Source: an uncultured Fibrobacteraceae bacterium
GTDB lineage: Bacteria; Krumholzibacteriota; Krumholzibacteriia; LZORAL124-64-63
Length of the DNA stretch: 64,000 nucleotides
NCBI GenBank assembly: GCA_964343835.1
Contig: CAYFKR010000019.1
Span: forward strand, 3,952-67,951
Reading direction: 5' to 3'
The notes under the pieces were generated by a model that ran no database searches, was not told where the DNA came from, and was given only the letters and a program-made list of their open reading frames with translations. Shown one piece after another: positions 53,335-63,230 of the stretch. How positions within the stretch are numbered: position 1 is the stretch's first letter; every line of letters begins with the position of its first letter. The position numbers were made by a program, and so were the translations under genes.

Positions 53335-54516
53335 TTGACCCGGACTCCCGACCACCGACCCCTCCACATCGTCCTGTCGTGCGGCGAGGCCAGCGGCGAG
53401 CGCTACGGCGCTGCCCTGGTGCGCGCCCTGCGGGAGCTGGAGCCCGACGTGCGCCTCACTGGCATGGGCGGCCCGGCCCTGGCCGACGCCGGGGTGGAGC
53501 TGGCCGTCCGGTCCGATGATCTCGGGGTGATGGGCGTCACCGACGTGGTGTCCGCCCTGCCGCGCATCCTGGGGGCCCGGTCCGCCATGCGACGTCACGC
53601 CTCGGAGTCGGGGGCGGACATCGTGGTGCCCGTGGACCTGCCGGGCTTCAACGTGGCGGTGGCCCGGGCTGCCCGCGACGCCGGCGTGCCCGTCTACTAC
53701 GTGGTGGCCCCGCAGCTCTGGGCGTGGGGGGGATGGCGCATCGGCGGCCTGCGCAAGGCGGTGGACCGCATCGGGACCCTGCTGCCCTTCGAGCGCGACT
53801 TCTTCGAGACGCGCGGGGTGGCGTGCGATCGCCTGGGGCACCCCCTGATGGACGACTACGATCCGAAGACCCTCGCCCCTGCGGAGGAGCGCAGGGAGAG
53901 GGTGCTGAGGGATCCGGCCCGACCCGTTCGCCTGGGACTGCTGCCCGGCAGCCGCCGTCAGGAGCTCACGGCCCTGGCCCCCCTGTTCGCGGAAGCCGTC
54001 GACGGGTTGAAGAGTCGGTGTCCCGACCGTACCTTCCAGTTGATCGCCAGCGCGGCGCCCGGGGTGCCCGACCGGTGGCTCGAGCCCATGGCGCGAGCCG
54101 GCGCCGACGTCGTGCGGACGCCGTTGCCCCGGTTGCTGCCCGACCTGGATCTGGCCGTGGTCTGCAGCGGGACGGCATCGCTCGAGGCGAGCCTCGCCGG
54201 AACGCCCCACGCCCTGGTCTACAGGACCTCGGCCCTGAACTACGCCCTGGCGCGGCGCCTGGTCCGTGTGGACCGCATCGGGCTGGCGAACCTGATCACG
54301 GACGTCGACATGGCCCGGGAGCACATCCAGGGAGCCGCGACGCCCGACGCCCTGGCGGACGACCTGGCCGTCTGGATCCGTTCCACGGTCCGGCGCCGGC
54401 GCTACGCGGGCCATGTCGCCGGCCTGCGCGGACAGCTCGGCGAGCCCGGATTCTGGCATCGCACCGCGGCAGCCGTCATCGGACTCGCGAGGGAGAGGAC
54501 CCGACGTGAACGCTGA
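53335..54516 (+). CDS. lpxB: Lipid-A-disaccharide synthase
   Basis: TTG follows GGAGG. SCGEASGERYGAALVRAL, ...LLPGSRRQE..., ...CSGTASLEA... Confidence 0.85.
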   Translation: MTRTPDHRPLHIVLSCGEASGERYGAALVRALRELEPDVRLTGMGGPALADAGVELAVRSDDLGVMGVTDVVSALPRILGARSAMRRHASESGADIVVPVDLPGFNVAVARAARDAGVPVYYVVAPQLWAWGGWRIGGLRKAVDRIGTLLPFERDFFETRGVACDRLGHPLMDDYDPKTLAPAEERRERVLRDPARPVRLGLLPGSRRQELTALAPLFAEAVDGLKSRCPDRTFQLIASAAPGVPDRWLEPMARAGADVVRTPLPRLLPDLDLAVVCSGTASLEASLAGTPHALVYRTSALNYALARRLVRVDRIGLANLITDVDMAREHIQGAATPDALADDLAVWIRSTVRRRRYAGHVAGLRGQLGEPGFWHRTAAAVIGLARERTRRER

Positions 54517-55099
54517 CCTGGTCCAGACGCTGAAGCTCGGACTCACGCCGTGGCTCTACCGCGGCTTGGGCGCGAGCGTGCGCGTGAACAGGATCGGCGC
54601 CGTTCCCGACGGTCCCTGCATCTTCGCCTGCCTCCACCGCGACATGATCCCCGCCCTGCTGGCCGTCGAACCCTACCGGCCGGCCCTGCTGGTGAGCCGC
54701 AGCCTGGACGGCGAGGTGCTGATCCGCACCCTCGAGGAGCGCGGCTTCTCCTTCATCCGCGGGTCCACGGGCAAGGACGGCGGCAACGCCTTCCGTGCCC
54801 TGCTCCACCGCCTCCGTGACGGCGGATCGGTGGGCATCGCCGTGGACGGCCCCCGCGGCCCCTACGGCAAGATCCACGAGGGTGTGCTGCGGCTGGCGCT
54901 GAGGACCGGCGCGCCCATCGTGCCCGTGGTGGCGGTGCCGGGCAGGCACCTGGCCCTCAAGACCTGGGACCGGACCGTCGTGCCGGCGCCCTGGAGCTCC
55001 CTCGACGTGCACTTCGGTCCGTCGGTGACGGTGGTGGCCGGGGGAGAGCGCGATGCCGCGGGCGCCGTCAGCGACCATCTCCTGGACGGCGCGGCGTGA
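54506..55099 (+). CDS. DUF374 / lysophospholipid-acyltransferase-like protein
   Basis: GTG 54506 overlaps lpxB by 11 nt. FACLHRDMIPALL, ...VSRSLDGE...GF..IRGS...G..A......L..G..VGIAVDGPRGP resembles DUF374 proteins found in Kdo/lipid A loci. Confidence 0.6.
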   Translation: MNADLVQTLKLGLTPWLYRGLGASVRVNRIGAVPDGPCIFACLHRDMIPALLAVEPYRPALLVSRSLDGEVLIRTLEERGFSFIRGSTGKDGGNAFRALLHRLRDGGSVGIAVDGPRGPYGKIHEGVLRLALRTGAPIVPVVAVPGRHLALKTWDRTVVPAPWSSLDVHFGPSVTVVAGGERDAAGAVSDHLLDGAA

Positions 55100-56142
55100 T
55101 GCCGGAGCCGCACATCCTCGACCGCAGACCCGCCCTCCAGTCCTTCGTCGAACACCTCTGGAATCGCTGGGACGCAGCGCCGCCCTCCTGGGCGGCAGCG
55201 GCCATGCGACGGACGGGGGAGATCGTCGATCGCACGACGGCCCGTCGTGCAGCCCGACGTCCCGCACCGCCGGCCGACCGGCTCGTGGTCTCGGTGGGCA
55301 ATCTCCGCGTGGGAGGGACGGGCAAGACCCCCGTCGTGCGTCACCTGATGACGGAGCTGGCGCAGCGCGGCGTCGCGGGCGTCGTGGCGACCCGTGGCTA
55401 CGGTTCGGGCCGTGGGGAACCCTGCCGGGTCACGCCGGACGACGCCGGTTGCGGCGACGAGGCCCGGCTCCTGGCCGCCGACGACGTCTGGCGCGTCTTC
55501 CAGTCGTCGGACCGGCGAGCGGGGTATGCACTCGCCGTCGCGGCGACACCGCACCACGGCGTGCTCCTGCTGGAGGACGCCCACCAGAGCTCGGGCGTGC
55601 CCCGTCACCACGACATCCTGATCGTCGACCGCTGGGACGACGGCCCGGCCACCGGTGCCGTCCTGCCCTGGGGACCGTACCGCGAGGGGCCAGCCGGCGC
55701 GGAGCGGGCGTCCCTCCTGGTGGTGGACGCCGACCAGGTGCCGAACGCCCCGTCGAGCTGGCGGGGGAGGCCGGTCTGCCGGTTCCGTCGACGGACGGTC
55801 CTGCCCGGGGGAGTGGACATCGGTGAACGTCCCTGCGCCGTGGTCAGCGGCCTGGCGAATCCCGGGGGGTTCGAGGCGGCCTGCGCTTCCATCCTGGGGT
55901 GTCCGCCCGTGCTGGCGGCCCGCTACCCCGATCATGCCCCCTACCGCCCCTCCGACGTGGGCGACCTGCTTCGGGCCGGCGACACCGCCGGTGTGGCGGT
56001 CTGGTTGACCACCGGCAAGGATCATGGGAAGCTGGCGGTGTCCTGGCCGACCGATCGTCCCCTGGTCCGCGTGGAACTCGCCCTCGACTGGGACGGTCCT
56101 TCACCCGCCGACCACGTGGCCGGCTGGCTCCCCGGAGACTGA
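55096..56142 (+). CDS. lpxK: Tetraacyldisaccharide 4'-kinase
   Basis: GTGA overlap. P-loop VGNLRVGGTGKTPVV. Confidence 0.85.
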   Translation: MMPEPHILDRRPALQSFVEHLWNRWDAAPPSWAAAAMRRTGEIVDRTTARRAARRPAPPADRLVVSVGNLRVGGTGKTPVVRHLMTELAQRGVAGVVATRGYGSGRGEPCRVTPDDAGCGDEARLLAADDVWRVFQSSDRRAGYALAVAATPHHGVLLLEDAHQSSGVPRHHDILIVDRWDDGPATGAVLPWGPYREGPAGAERASLLVVDADQVPNAPSSWRGRPVCRFRRRTVLPGGVDIGERPCAVVSGLANPGGFEAACASILGCPPVLAARYPDHAPYRPSDVGDLLRAGDTAGVAVWLTTGKDHGKLAVSWPTDRPLVRVELALDWDGPSPADHVAGWLPGD

Positions 56143-56143
56143 G

Positions 56144-57784
56144 ATGCGCAACGGAGAACCCGTGCAGAGCCGCTTCCTGGTGGTGGGGTCCGGCATCGCT
56201 GGCCTGCAGTTCGCCCTGCTCGCCGCCGAGCACGGCGACGTGCGCATCGTCACCAAGAAGGACTCCTCGGAGAGCAACACCAACTACGCGCAGGGGGGCA
56301 TCGCGGCGGCCCTGTCGCCCCTCGACGACTTCGAATCCCACCTGCGCGACACCATCACCGCAGGCGACGGTCTCTGCGACGAGGCCGTGACCCGCGCCAT
56401 GGTGGAGGCCGGTCCCCGGCTCATCGACCGCCTCCTGTCCTACGGCGTGGAGTTCTCCCGCGACGAGGCCGGCGACGGCTTCGCCCTGGGGCGCGAGGGC
56501 GGCCACACCCACAACCGCATCCTCCATGCCGCCGACCTCACCGGACGCGAGCTGGAGCAGCGCCTGCTGGACGCCTGCCGCGCCCACCCCTCCATCGGGA
56601 TCGAGGAAGACCACATCGGGCTGGACCTGATCATGGCCGACGAGCTGGACGGCGAGGGACCCGCCGACGGGGGCGTGGCCGGGTGCCGGGTCCTGGACCG
56701 CACCACCCTGGAGCGCCGACCCTACCTGGCCGACCTGACGGTGCTGGCCACCGGCGGCTGCGGCAAGGTCTACGCCTATACGTCGAACCCGGACATCGCC
56801 ACCGGCGACGGCATGGCCATGGCCTACCGGGCCGGCGCCGTGCTGGCCAACATGGAGTTCGTGCAGTTCCACCCCACCTGCCTGTACCACCCGGACGCCA
56901 AGAGCTTCCTCATCTCCGAGGCCGTGCGAGGGGAGGGGGCGCGCCTGGTGAACGAGCGCGGCGAGCGGTTCATGGAGCGCTACCACCCCATGAAGGAGCT
57001 GGCGCCCAGGGACGTCGTGGCCCGGGCCATCGACCAGGAGCTCAAGCTCAGCGGCGACCACTGCGTCTACCTGGACCTGGGACACCTGGACCCGGACTTC
57101 GTGGTCGGACGCTTCCCCAACCTGGCCCGCCACTGCGCCCGCTTCGGCATCGACATGGCCCGCGACCCCGTCCCCGTGGTGCCCGCGGCCCACTACATGT
57201 GCGGCGGCGTGATGGTGGATGACAGCGGTCGTTCCAGCCTGCCCGGCCTGCTGGCGGTGGGCGAGGTGGCGTGCTCCGGGGTGCACGGCGCCAATCGGCT
57301 GGCCAGCAACTCGCTGCTGGAGGCCGTCTACTTCGCGGAGCGGGCGGCGATGGTGGCGGGAGAGGTCCCCGTCGGGCGCGTGGCCCGGGGCAGCGCCATG
57401 CGTGACCCGGGACCGGTGCCCGCCGCCGACGGCCCCGAGGCCATGGTGGTGGAGCACGACTGGGACGTCGTGCGCCGCGTGATGTGGGACTACGTGGGCA
57501 TCGTGCGCAGCCGGCAACGCCTCGACATCGCTCTGCAGCGGCTGCGGGCAGTGCGCAGGACGGTGGAGGGCATCGCCGCCGAGGCGGTCCTGAGCCCCGA
57601 CCTGGTGGAACTGAGGAACCTGGCGCTGGTGGCGGAGCTCATCGTGCTGTGCGCCCGGGACCGCCGCGAGAGCCGCGGCCTGCACTTCACCACGGACCAC
57701 CCCGCCCGGGACGACACCACCGCCCTGCCCACCCTGGTGGGGCGCGGCACGGAGCTCCAGGCCCTGGACGTGGGCGCCTCATGA
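56144..57784 (+). CDS. nadB: L-aspartate oxidase
   Basis: FAD motif VVGSGIAGL, NTNYAQGGIAAA, HYMCGGV, RLASNSLLE. Confidence 0.9.
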   Translation: MRNGEPVQSRFLVVGSGIAGLQFALLAAEHGDVRIVTKKDSSESNTNYAQGGIAAALSPLDDFESHLRDTITAGDGLCDEAVTRAMVEAGPRLIDRLLSYGVEFSRDEAGDGFALGREGGHTHNRILHAADLTGRELEQRLLDACRAHPSIGIEEDHIGLDLIMADELDGEGPADGGVAGCRVLDRTTLERRPYLADLTVLATGGCGKVYAYTSNPDIATGDGMAMAYRAGAVLANMEFVQFHPTCLYHPDAKSFLISEAVRGEGARLVNERGERFMERYHPMKELAPRDVVARAIDQELKLSGDHCVYLDLGHLDPDFVVGRFPNLARHCARFGIDMARDPVPVVPAAHYMCGGVMVDDSGRSSLPGLLAVGEVACSGVHGANRLASNSLLEAVYFAERAAMVAGEVPVGRVARGSAMRDPGPVPAADGPEAMVVEHDWDVVRRVMWDYVGIVRSRQRLDIALQRLRAVRRTVEGIAAEAVLSPDLVELRNLALVAELIVLCARDRRESRGLHFTTDHPARDDTTALPTLVGRGTELQALDVGAS

Positions 57785-58548
57785 CCCGGCCCGACTGGGT
57801 CCGCGCCGCCTTCGGCGCCCACTATCCCGCCCTCTATCGCCATCGCGACGAGGCCGAGGCCCGCCGCTGCATCGCCCTCGTCGACCGGCTCGTCGGTCTC
57901 GGTGGGCGCCGCGTCCTTGATCTGGGCTGCGGGGCGGGGCGTCATCTGCCGTTCCTCGAAGAGGCCGGCGCCGGCGGCATGGGCATGGACCAGTCGCCCG
58001 AACTCCTGGCGGAAGCCCACCGCTGCGGCAACCAGGGTGCGGCCTTCCGGCTGGTGCGCGGCGACTGGGGCCGGATCCCGGCACCGGACCATGCGTTCGA
58101 CGTGGTGCTCTCCCTGTTCACGGCTTTCGGCTACGGGGACCATCCCGCGGAGCAGCGCAGCATGCTTGGGGAGATCGCACGGGTCCTGGACGACGGCGGC
58201 CGCTGGCTGCTCGACTACCTCAATCCGCGCCTGGTGCGCCGGGAACTGGAGTCGTCGCCGCCGCCCCGCGAGCGCAGGGTGGAAGGCCTGACGGTCCGCG
58301 ACGAGCGCAGCCTCGGCGCCGACGCCCGCAGGGTGGAGAAGAGCGTGACCGTGACCGACGCCGACGGCCGGAACGTGGCCGACTACGTGGAAAGCGTGGC
58401 CCTGATGGATCTCGACGAACTCGACGCCCTGGCCGCCGCCGCCGGACTGGTCCCCGGCCCCCGCGCCGGCGACTACGACGGCGCGCCCTTCGACGCGGAT
58501 GCCTCGCCCCGCTGGATCCTGACCTATGTCCGGGAGGCGCCGGCATGA
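57781..58548 (+). CDS. Class I SAM-dependent methyltransferase (candidate bacillithiol N-methyltransferase; see findings)
   Basis: ATGA overlaps on both sides. Motif I VLDLGCGAGRH. Post-I and II: ...GMDQSPELL..., ...FDVVLSLFTAFGY... Confidence 0.8.
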   Translation: MTRPDWVRAAFGAHYPALYRHRDEAEARRCIALVDRLVGLGGRRVLDLGCGAGRHLPFLEEAGAGGMGMDQSPELLAEAHRCGNQGAAFRLVRGDWGRIPAPDHAFDVVLSLFTAFGYGDHPAEQRSMLGEIARVLDDGGRWLLDYLNPRLVRRELESSPPPRERRVEGLTVRDERSLGADARRVEKSVTVTDADGRNVADYVESVALMDLDELDALAAAAGLVPGPRAGDYDGAPFDADASPRWILTYVREAPA

Positions 58549-60035
58549 AGGCCAGCTGGACGCCCGGCCCGCCCCTGGCGGAAGCCCCCTGGCTCACGCC
58601 CCTGGTCCGCGACTGGATCGCCGACGGCGGTGCGACCTCCGACGTCGCCCGATTCCTCGACCCCGCACCGACCGGCTCCGCCCCGGGCTGGTCCGACGCC
58701 ACATGGTTCCCCGCCTGGCGCGACGACCAGCTCCGCGACCGCGCCGCGGACGCCGACCGCTCCGCCGCGGCCCGCCACCTGGAGGCCCTGGCGGCGGGGG
58801 AGGCCGACGTCGTGGTCACGGGCCAGCAGCCCGGCTACCTGGGCGGTCCCCTGTACACCCTGCTGAAGATGGCCGCCTGCATCGCCGCGGCCGAGGCCCG
58901 TACCCGCGCCGGCCGTCCGACCGTACCCCTCTACTGGAGCGGCGACGACGACGACGACCTGGAAGAGGCCCTGGCCGTCCGGCTCTGGGACCACCGGCGG
59001 CGCGCCTTCCTGCGACCCGCTCCGGGCGGTGAGCGTCCCCGGGGCAGGGTGGGGGCACTGCCGGTGTCGGCCTTCGGCGCGGGCGAGCTCGCCTGGCTCC
59101 GCTCCGACGGCCAGGCCGGCATGGCGGAGCTCCGGGACAGGGCGGCGGCCGAAGGATGGACGCGCGGGCGCTTTCATGCGGCGGCCCTGTACCGGGTGTT
59201 CGACGGGCATGGCCTGCTGACCGTCTCGGGCGACGACGCCGGACTGATGTCGGTGGCTGCGCCGTTATTGGCGGAGGCTACTGCCCGGGTCGGGGAGCTG
59301 GCGGACCTGGCCCGCACCCGCGGCGAGGAGTTGACGGCTGGTGGACATCACGCCCAGATCGGTGACCCGAGTCTGGCGCGCCCCCTGCACGTCGCGGAGG
59401 GGGCCACCCGGATCCGGCTGCCCGACGGGCAGGCGGCCGCGTCGCTGGAACCGTCGTCCCTGAGAGCCGGCGTGCTGCTCCGGTCCCCACTCCAGGACTG
59501 GCTCTTCCGCCCTGCGGCGGTGGTGGTGGGTCCGGGAGAGCGGGCCTACCTTGAACAGCTGAGGCCCGTGTACGAGGCCCTGGGCGTACCACGTCCGCCC
59601 ATGCTGCCCCGGCTGTTCCTGCGTCTGGGGACGATGTCGGGGACGGGTGCGGAAGCCGTGCCAGGTCCGTCGACCGTGGATGTGGACTCGGTGCTGGCCA
59701 CGGCCCGCGAGGCCCTGGCCGCAGCGGCCGATCGCGTGGGGAAGGGGAAGGACGCCGCTGCGGTCGACCGCGCCGTGGAACGCTGGCGGGGCACCGTCGA
59801 ACGCGTGCTGACACCCCGCGCCCGGTCGTCCTCCGAGGCTCGCGAGGACTGGCGCGACACCGACGACACCCGTCGCGAGCGCGAGCTGCCGGCCCTCTGG
59901 GCCACCGGCTTCTTCGACGAGCTGACTGCGATCCTGATGGAAGCCTCGAGGGACCACGTCCGACGCCTGGTCGAGGGTGGTCCCGTGGACTACGTGCTGG
60001 ACGCCGACCAACCCGTACCGGAGGAGACCCCATGA
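58545..60035 (+). CDS. bshC: Bacillithiol biosynthesis cysteine-adding enzyme
   Basis: VVVTGQQPGYLGGPLYTLLKMAACIAAAE matches the BshC hallmark GGQQ.GL..GPLYT..K. Confidence 0.75.
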   Translation: MKASWTPGPPLAEAPWLTPLVRDWIADGGATSDVARFLDPAPTGSAPGWSDATWFPAWRDDQLRDRAADADRSAAARHLEALAAGEADVVVTGQQPGYLGGPLYTLLKMAACIAAAEARTRAGRPTVPLYWSGDDDDDLEEALAVRLWDHRRRAFLRPAPGGERPRGRVGALPVSAFGAGELAWLRSDGQAGMAELRDRAAAEGWTRGRFHAAALYRVFDGHGLLTVSGDDAGLMSVAAPLLAEATARVGELADLARTRGEELTAGGHHAQIGDPSLARPLHVAEGATRIRLPDGQAAASLEPSSLRAGVLLRSPLQDWLFRPAAVVVGPGERAYLEQLRPVYEALGVPRPPMLPRLFLRLGTMSGTGAEAVPGPSTVDVDSVLATAREALAAAADRVGKGKDAAAVDRAVERWRGTVERVLTPRARSSSEAREDWRDTDDTRRERELPALWATGFFDELTAILMEASRDHVRRLVEGGPVDYVLDADQPVPEETP

Positions 60036-60793
60036 CCGCTCACGCATCCGGCTGCGACCTGCTCGTCGTCTCGCCCCACACCGACGACGCCGAGATCGCC
60101 CTGGGCGGCACCATCGCCCTGCTGGCCGACCGCGGCCGCGACGTGCGCCTGCTGGACCTCACCCGGGGTGAGCTGGGCTCCAACGGCACCCCCGACGAGC
60201 GCTGGGCCGAGGCTGCGGAGGCGTCGCGGATCCTCGGCGTGACGGGGCGCATCCAGCTGGAGCTTCCCGACGGCTTCATCGACGCCGGCGACCGGGAGCA
60301 GGTGGAGGCCGTGGCCTCCCTGATCCGGGCCCTGCGTCCCCGCTGGGTCTGCTCGTCGCCCATGCCCAACCGCCATCCCGACCACCGCGCCATCCCCGGG
60401 CTCGTGGAGAAGGCGGCCTTCATGGCCCGCCTCGCCGCCTGGACCCCGCCCGTTCCCGCCATGCGCACCTGGGGCTCCGACGTGCCCGATCCCGCGGACC
60501 GCTGGGCCTGCGAGGCCGTCCTCCACGTGAGCGGCACGGGCGAGACACCGGACCTGCTCTTCGACGTGGGCGCCGTGTGGGAGCGCAAGACCGCGGCCCT
60601 GGCCGCCTACGTCTCCCAGTTCGACGACGGCGGCGGCCGCCGCAGCACTATGATCAACGACCCCGCCTTCCTGGAGCACATCGAGCGCCGCGCCCGCGAG
60701 TGGGGCTTCCGTGCCGGGGCGACCCACGCCGAGGCCCTGAGGACCGCCGCTGCGCCGGTGCTGACGGACCTGCCCGCGGAGCGCTGGTCGTGA
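60032..60793 (+). CDS. bshB: PIG-L/LmbE-family deacetylase, bacillithiol biosynthesis BshB1-like
   Basis: LLVVSPHTDDAEIALGGTIA, DLTRGELGSNGT, HPDH. Confidence 0.75.
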   Translation: MTAHASGCDLLVVSPHTDDAEIALGGTIALLADRGRDVRLLDLTRGELGSNGTPDERWAEAAEASRILGVTGRIQLELPDGFIDAGDREQVEAVASLIRALRPRWVCSSPMPNRHPDHRAIPGLVEKAAFMARLAAWTPPVPAMRTWGSDVPDPADRWACEAVLHVSGTGETPDLLFDVGAVWERKTAALAAYVSQFDDGGGRRSTMINDPAFLEHIERRAREWGFRAGATHAEALRTAAAPVLTDLPAERWS

Positions 60794-61947
60794 CGCGGCT
60801 GCCGGTCATCGGCATCACCTGCTACCCGTCCCAGGGCGGCAGCGGGGTGGTGGCCAGCGAGCTGGGCCTGAACCTGGCCCGCCGGGGCTACGAGGTCCAC
60901 TTCATCACCAGCAGCATGCCGCTGCGCCTGCAGCGCTACGAGTCCAACATCTTCTTCCACCAGGTGGAGGCGGTCAGCTATCCCGTCTTCCAGCACACGC
61001 CCTACACCCTGGCCCTCGCCACCCGCATGAGCGAGGTCGCGGAGGAGCACGGGCTGGACATCCTCCATGTGCATTACGCCATTCCCCATGCCGCCAGCGC
61101 ATTCATGGCCAGGGAGATGGTGGGGCGCGACTCGTTGAGCGTGGTCACGACGCTCCACGGCACCGACATCACCCTGGTGGGGCAGGAGCCCGGCTACTTC
61201 GCCATGACCCGCTTCCTCATCGAGCAGAGCGATGCGGTCACCACCGTCAGTTCGTTCCTGAAGGACGAGACGGAGCGCGTGTTCGGCGTGTCGAAGGAGA
61301 TCGAGGTGATCCCGAACTTCGTGGATCCCCGGCGCTTCCGGCCCCGGCCGGATCTGGACCGGTCGGGTTTCGCGCCCGAGGGTGAGAAGCTGGTGGTCCA
61401 CGCCTCCAACTTCCGCAAGGTGAAGAACGTGGAGACGGTGGTGCGGGCCTTCGCCCTGGCCACGACGGACGTCCCGGCCCGCCTGCTGATGGTGGGCGAG
61501 GGTCCGGAGCGGCGTACCGCCCTGGAACTGGCTCGTCAGCTGGGCGTGGAGGACCGCACCCGATTCCTCGGCCAGGTGGACAACCTGGAAGAGGTGCTGG
61601 CCCAGGCCGACGTCTGCCTGCTGCCGTCGTTGCACGAGTCGTTCGGCCTGGTGGCCCTGGAGGCCATGGCCTGCGGCACGCCGGCGGTGGTCACGGCCAG
61701 GGGCGGTGCAGGGGAGTTCGTGGAGCACGGGGTGACGTCGTACCTGTGCGAGCCCGACGACATCGACTCGGTGGCGGCCCCGCTGCGGCGGCTGCTGACG
61801 GACGACGCCCACCGCGACCACATGGGCGAAGACGCCCTGCGGGCCGCCGTGGGCCGCTTCGGGACCGGCTGCGTGGTGAAGCGCTACGTGGAGCTCTACG
61901 ACCGCGTCCTGGCCGGAACGGGAACTTCCCGGGCGTCGCGGGCGTAG
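60790..61947 (+). CDS. bshA: N-acetyl-alpha-D-glucosaminyl L-malate synthase (GT4)
   Basis: GTGA overlap. [41 protein letters not shown] and HVHYAIPHA closely resemble the Bacillus BshA N-terminus. Confidence 0.85.
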   Translation: MTRLPVIGITCYPSQGGSGVVASELGLNLARRGYEVHFITSSMPLRLQRYESNIFFHQVEAVSYPVFQHTPYTLALATRMSEVAEEHGLDILHVHYAIPHAASAFMAREMVGRDSLSVVTTLHGTDITLVGQEPGYFAMTRFLIEQSDAVTTVSSFLKDETERVFGVSKEIEVIPNFVDPRRFRPRPDLDRSGFAPEGEKLVVHASNFRKVKNVETVVRAFALATTDVPARLLMVGEGPERRTALELARQLGVEDRTRFLGQVDNLEEVLAQADVCLLPSLHESFGLVALEAMACGTPAVVTARGGAGEFVEHGVTSYLCEPDDIDSVAAPLRRLLTDDAHRDHMGEDALRAAVGRFGTGCVVKRYVELYDRVLAGTGTSRASRA

Positions 61948-61969
61948 AGGGCCGGCGCGTAGTCCGCCC

Positions 61970-61997
61970 TTGCCCGGATCCCTCATCGTGATACATT
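61970..61997 (+). promoter_or_regulatory. Candidate sigma70-type promoter for the tolQ-tolR-tonB/tolA unit
   Basis: TTGCCC (61970-61975), 16-nt spacer, TACATT (61992-61997). Confidence 0.3.
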
Positions 61998-62094
61998 GGG
62001 ACCGCGCGGACCCCGCGCAGGGTGCATTGTTCAGGGATTCCCCCGAATCCCCCGGAGCGGCCGCTTCCGCCGCCCCCCGTCAGAAGGAGCTGAC

Positions 62095-62820
62095 ATGCCG
62101 ACCACCCCGTTCCTGGCCGCCCTCGGCCCACAGGAACTGCTCGGACTGCTGCTCGACACCTCGCTGCTGGGCAAGCTGGTCCTGCTCGTGCTGCTCGTGC
62201 TGTCGATCCTGTCCTGGGCCGTGATGTTCGACAAGGCCCGGGTGCTCTCGCGCATCCGCGCCGGCCACGCCGAATTCTGGGACCGCTGCGAGGACTGGCT
62301 GGAAGGCCGCGCCACCGCCGAGGACGTGTCCGCCTGGGCCGCCACGCGCGGAGACCTGCCCCTGGCCAACCTCTGGACCGACGGCTTCGGCTCCGTCAGC
62401 GCCGCCAACGTGCGCCGCACGTCGGAACGCGTGGCCTACGCGGAGACCGAGGCCCTCGAGCGCTACCTGATCATCCTCTCGACCACCGTGACCATCGCGC
62501 CGTTCCTGGGCCTGATGGGCACCGTGTGGGGCATCATGCAGGCCTTCTGGGACATGTCGGCCATGCACAGCGCCAACCTCACGGTGGTGGCCCCCGGCAT
62601 CGCCGAGGCCCTGGTCACCACCATCGCCGGCCTTTCGGCGGCCATCCCCGCGGTCGTGTTCTACAACATGTTCGTACGGAAGATCGACCTGGTCGGCAAC
62701 GAGATGGAGCGCCTCCGCTCATTGCTGGAGGAGGAGGTGATGGAGCGGACGGGCCAGACGCCGTCGCGGCAGCGGCCGGCGCGACGCCCCGACACCCACG
62801 ACGGGGAGCGGATCCGATGA
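62095..62820 (+). CDS. tolQ: MotA/TolQ/ExbB-family proton channel protein
   Basis: ATG 62095 follows GAAGGAG. LVLLVLLVLSILSWAVMF, APFLGLMGTVWGIMQAF, IAEALVTTIAGL. Tol versus Exb cannot be decided from sequence alone. Confidence 0.8.
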   Translation: MPTTPFLAALGPQELLGLLLDTSLLGKLVLLVLLVLSILSWAVMFDKARVLSRIRAGHAEFWDRCEDWLEGRATAEDVSAWAATRGDLPLANLWTDGFGSVSAANVRRTSERVAYAETEALERYLIILSTTVTIAPFLGLMGTVWGIMQAFWDMSAMHSANLTVVAPGIAEALVTTIAGLSAAIPAVVFYNMFVRKIDLVGNEMERLRSLLEEEVMERTGQTPSRQRPARRPDTHDGERIR

Positions 62821-63230
62821 AACGCTCCAGCTACCGCAGCCTCTCCGAGATCAACATCACCTCGCTGGTGGACGTGACCCTCTGCCTGCTGATCATCTTC
62901 ATGCTCACCGCCCCGTACATCCAGGGCGGCGTGGAGGTGGACCTGCCCAAGGCCGAGACCAGCGACGTGATCGTGCGCGAGGGGCCCATCGTCTCGGTCA
63001 CCCGCAACCGCCAGGTCTTCTACGACGAGGATCCCGTCTCCCTGGAGGAGCTCGAGACCCGTCTCGTGGAGCGGATCGACGAGCGTGAGACCGTGCCGGT
63101 GTACCTCCGCATCGACGAGGAGATCCCCTACGGGTTCGCCCTGCAGGTCATGGCCGTGGTCGAGCGGCTGGGCTTCGAACGCCTGAGCCTGGTGGCCGAC
63201 CCCGACCAGGTCGGACGGGTCGAGCCGTGA
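62817..63230 (+). CDS. tolR: ExbD/TolR-family protein
   Basis: ATGA overlap. EINITSLVDVTLCLLIIFM. Confidence 0.8.
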   Translation: MKRSSYRSLSEINITSLVDVTLCLLIIFMLTAPYIQGGVEVDLPKAETSDVIVREGPIVSVTRNRQVFYDEDPVSLEELETRLVERIDERETVPVYLRIDEEIPYGFALQVMAVVERLGFERLSLVADPDQVGRVEP

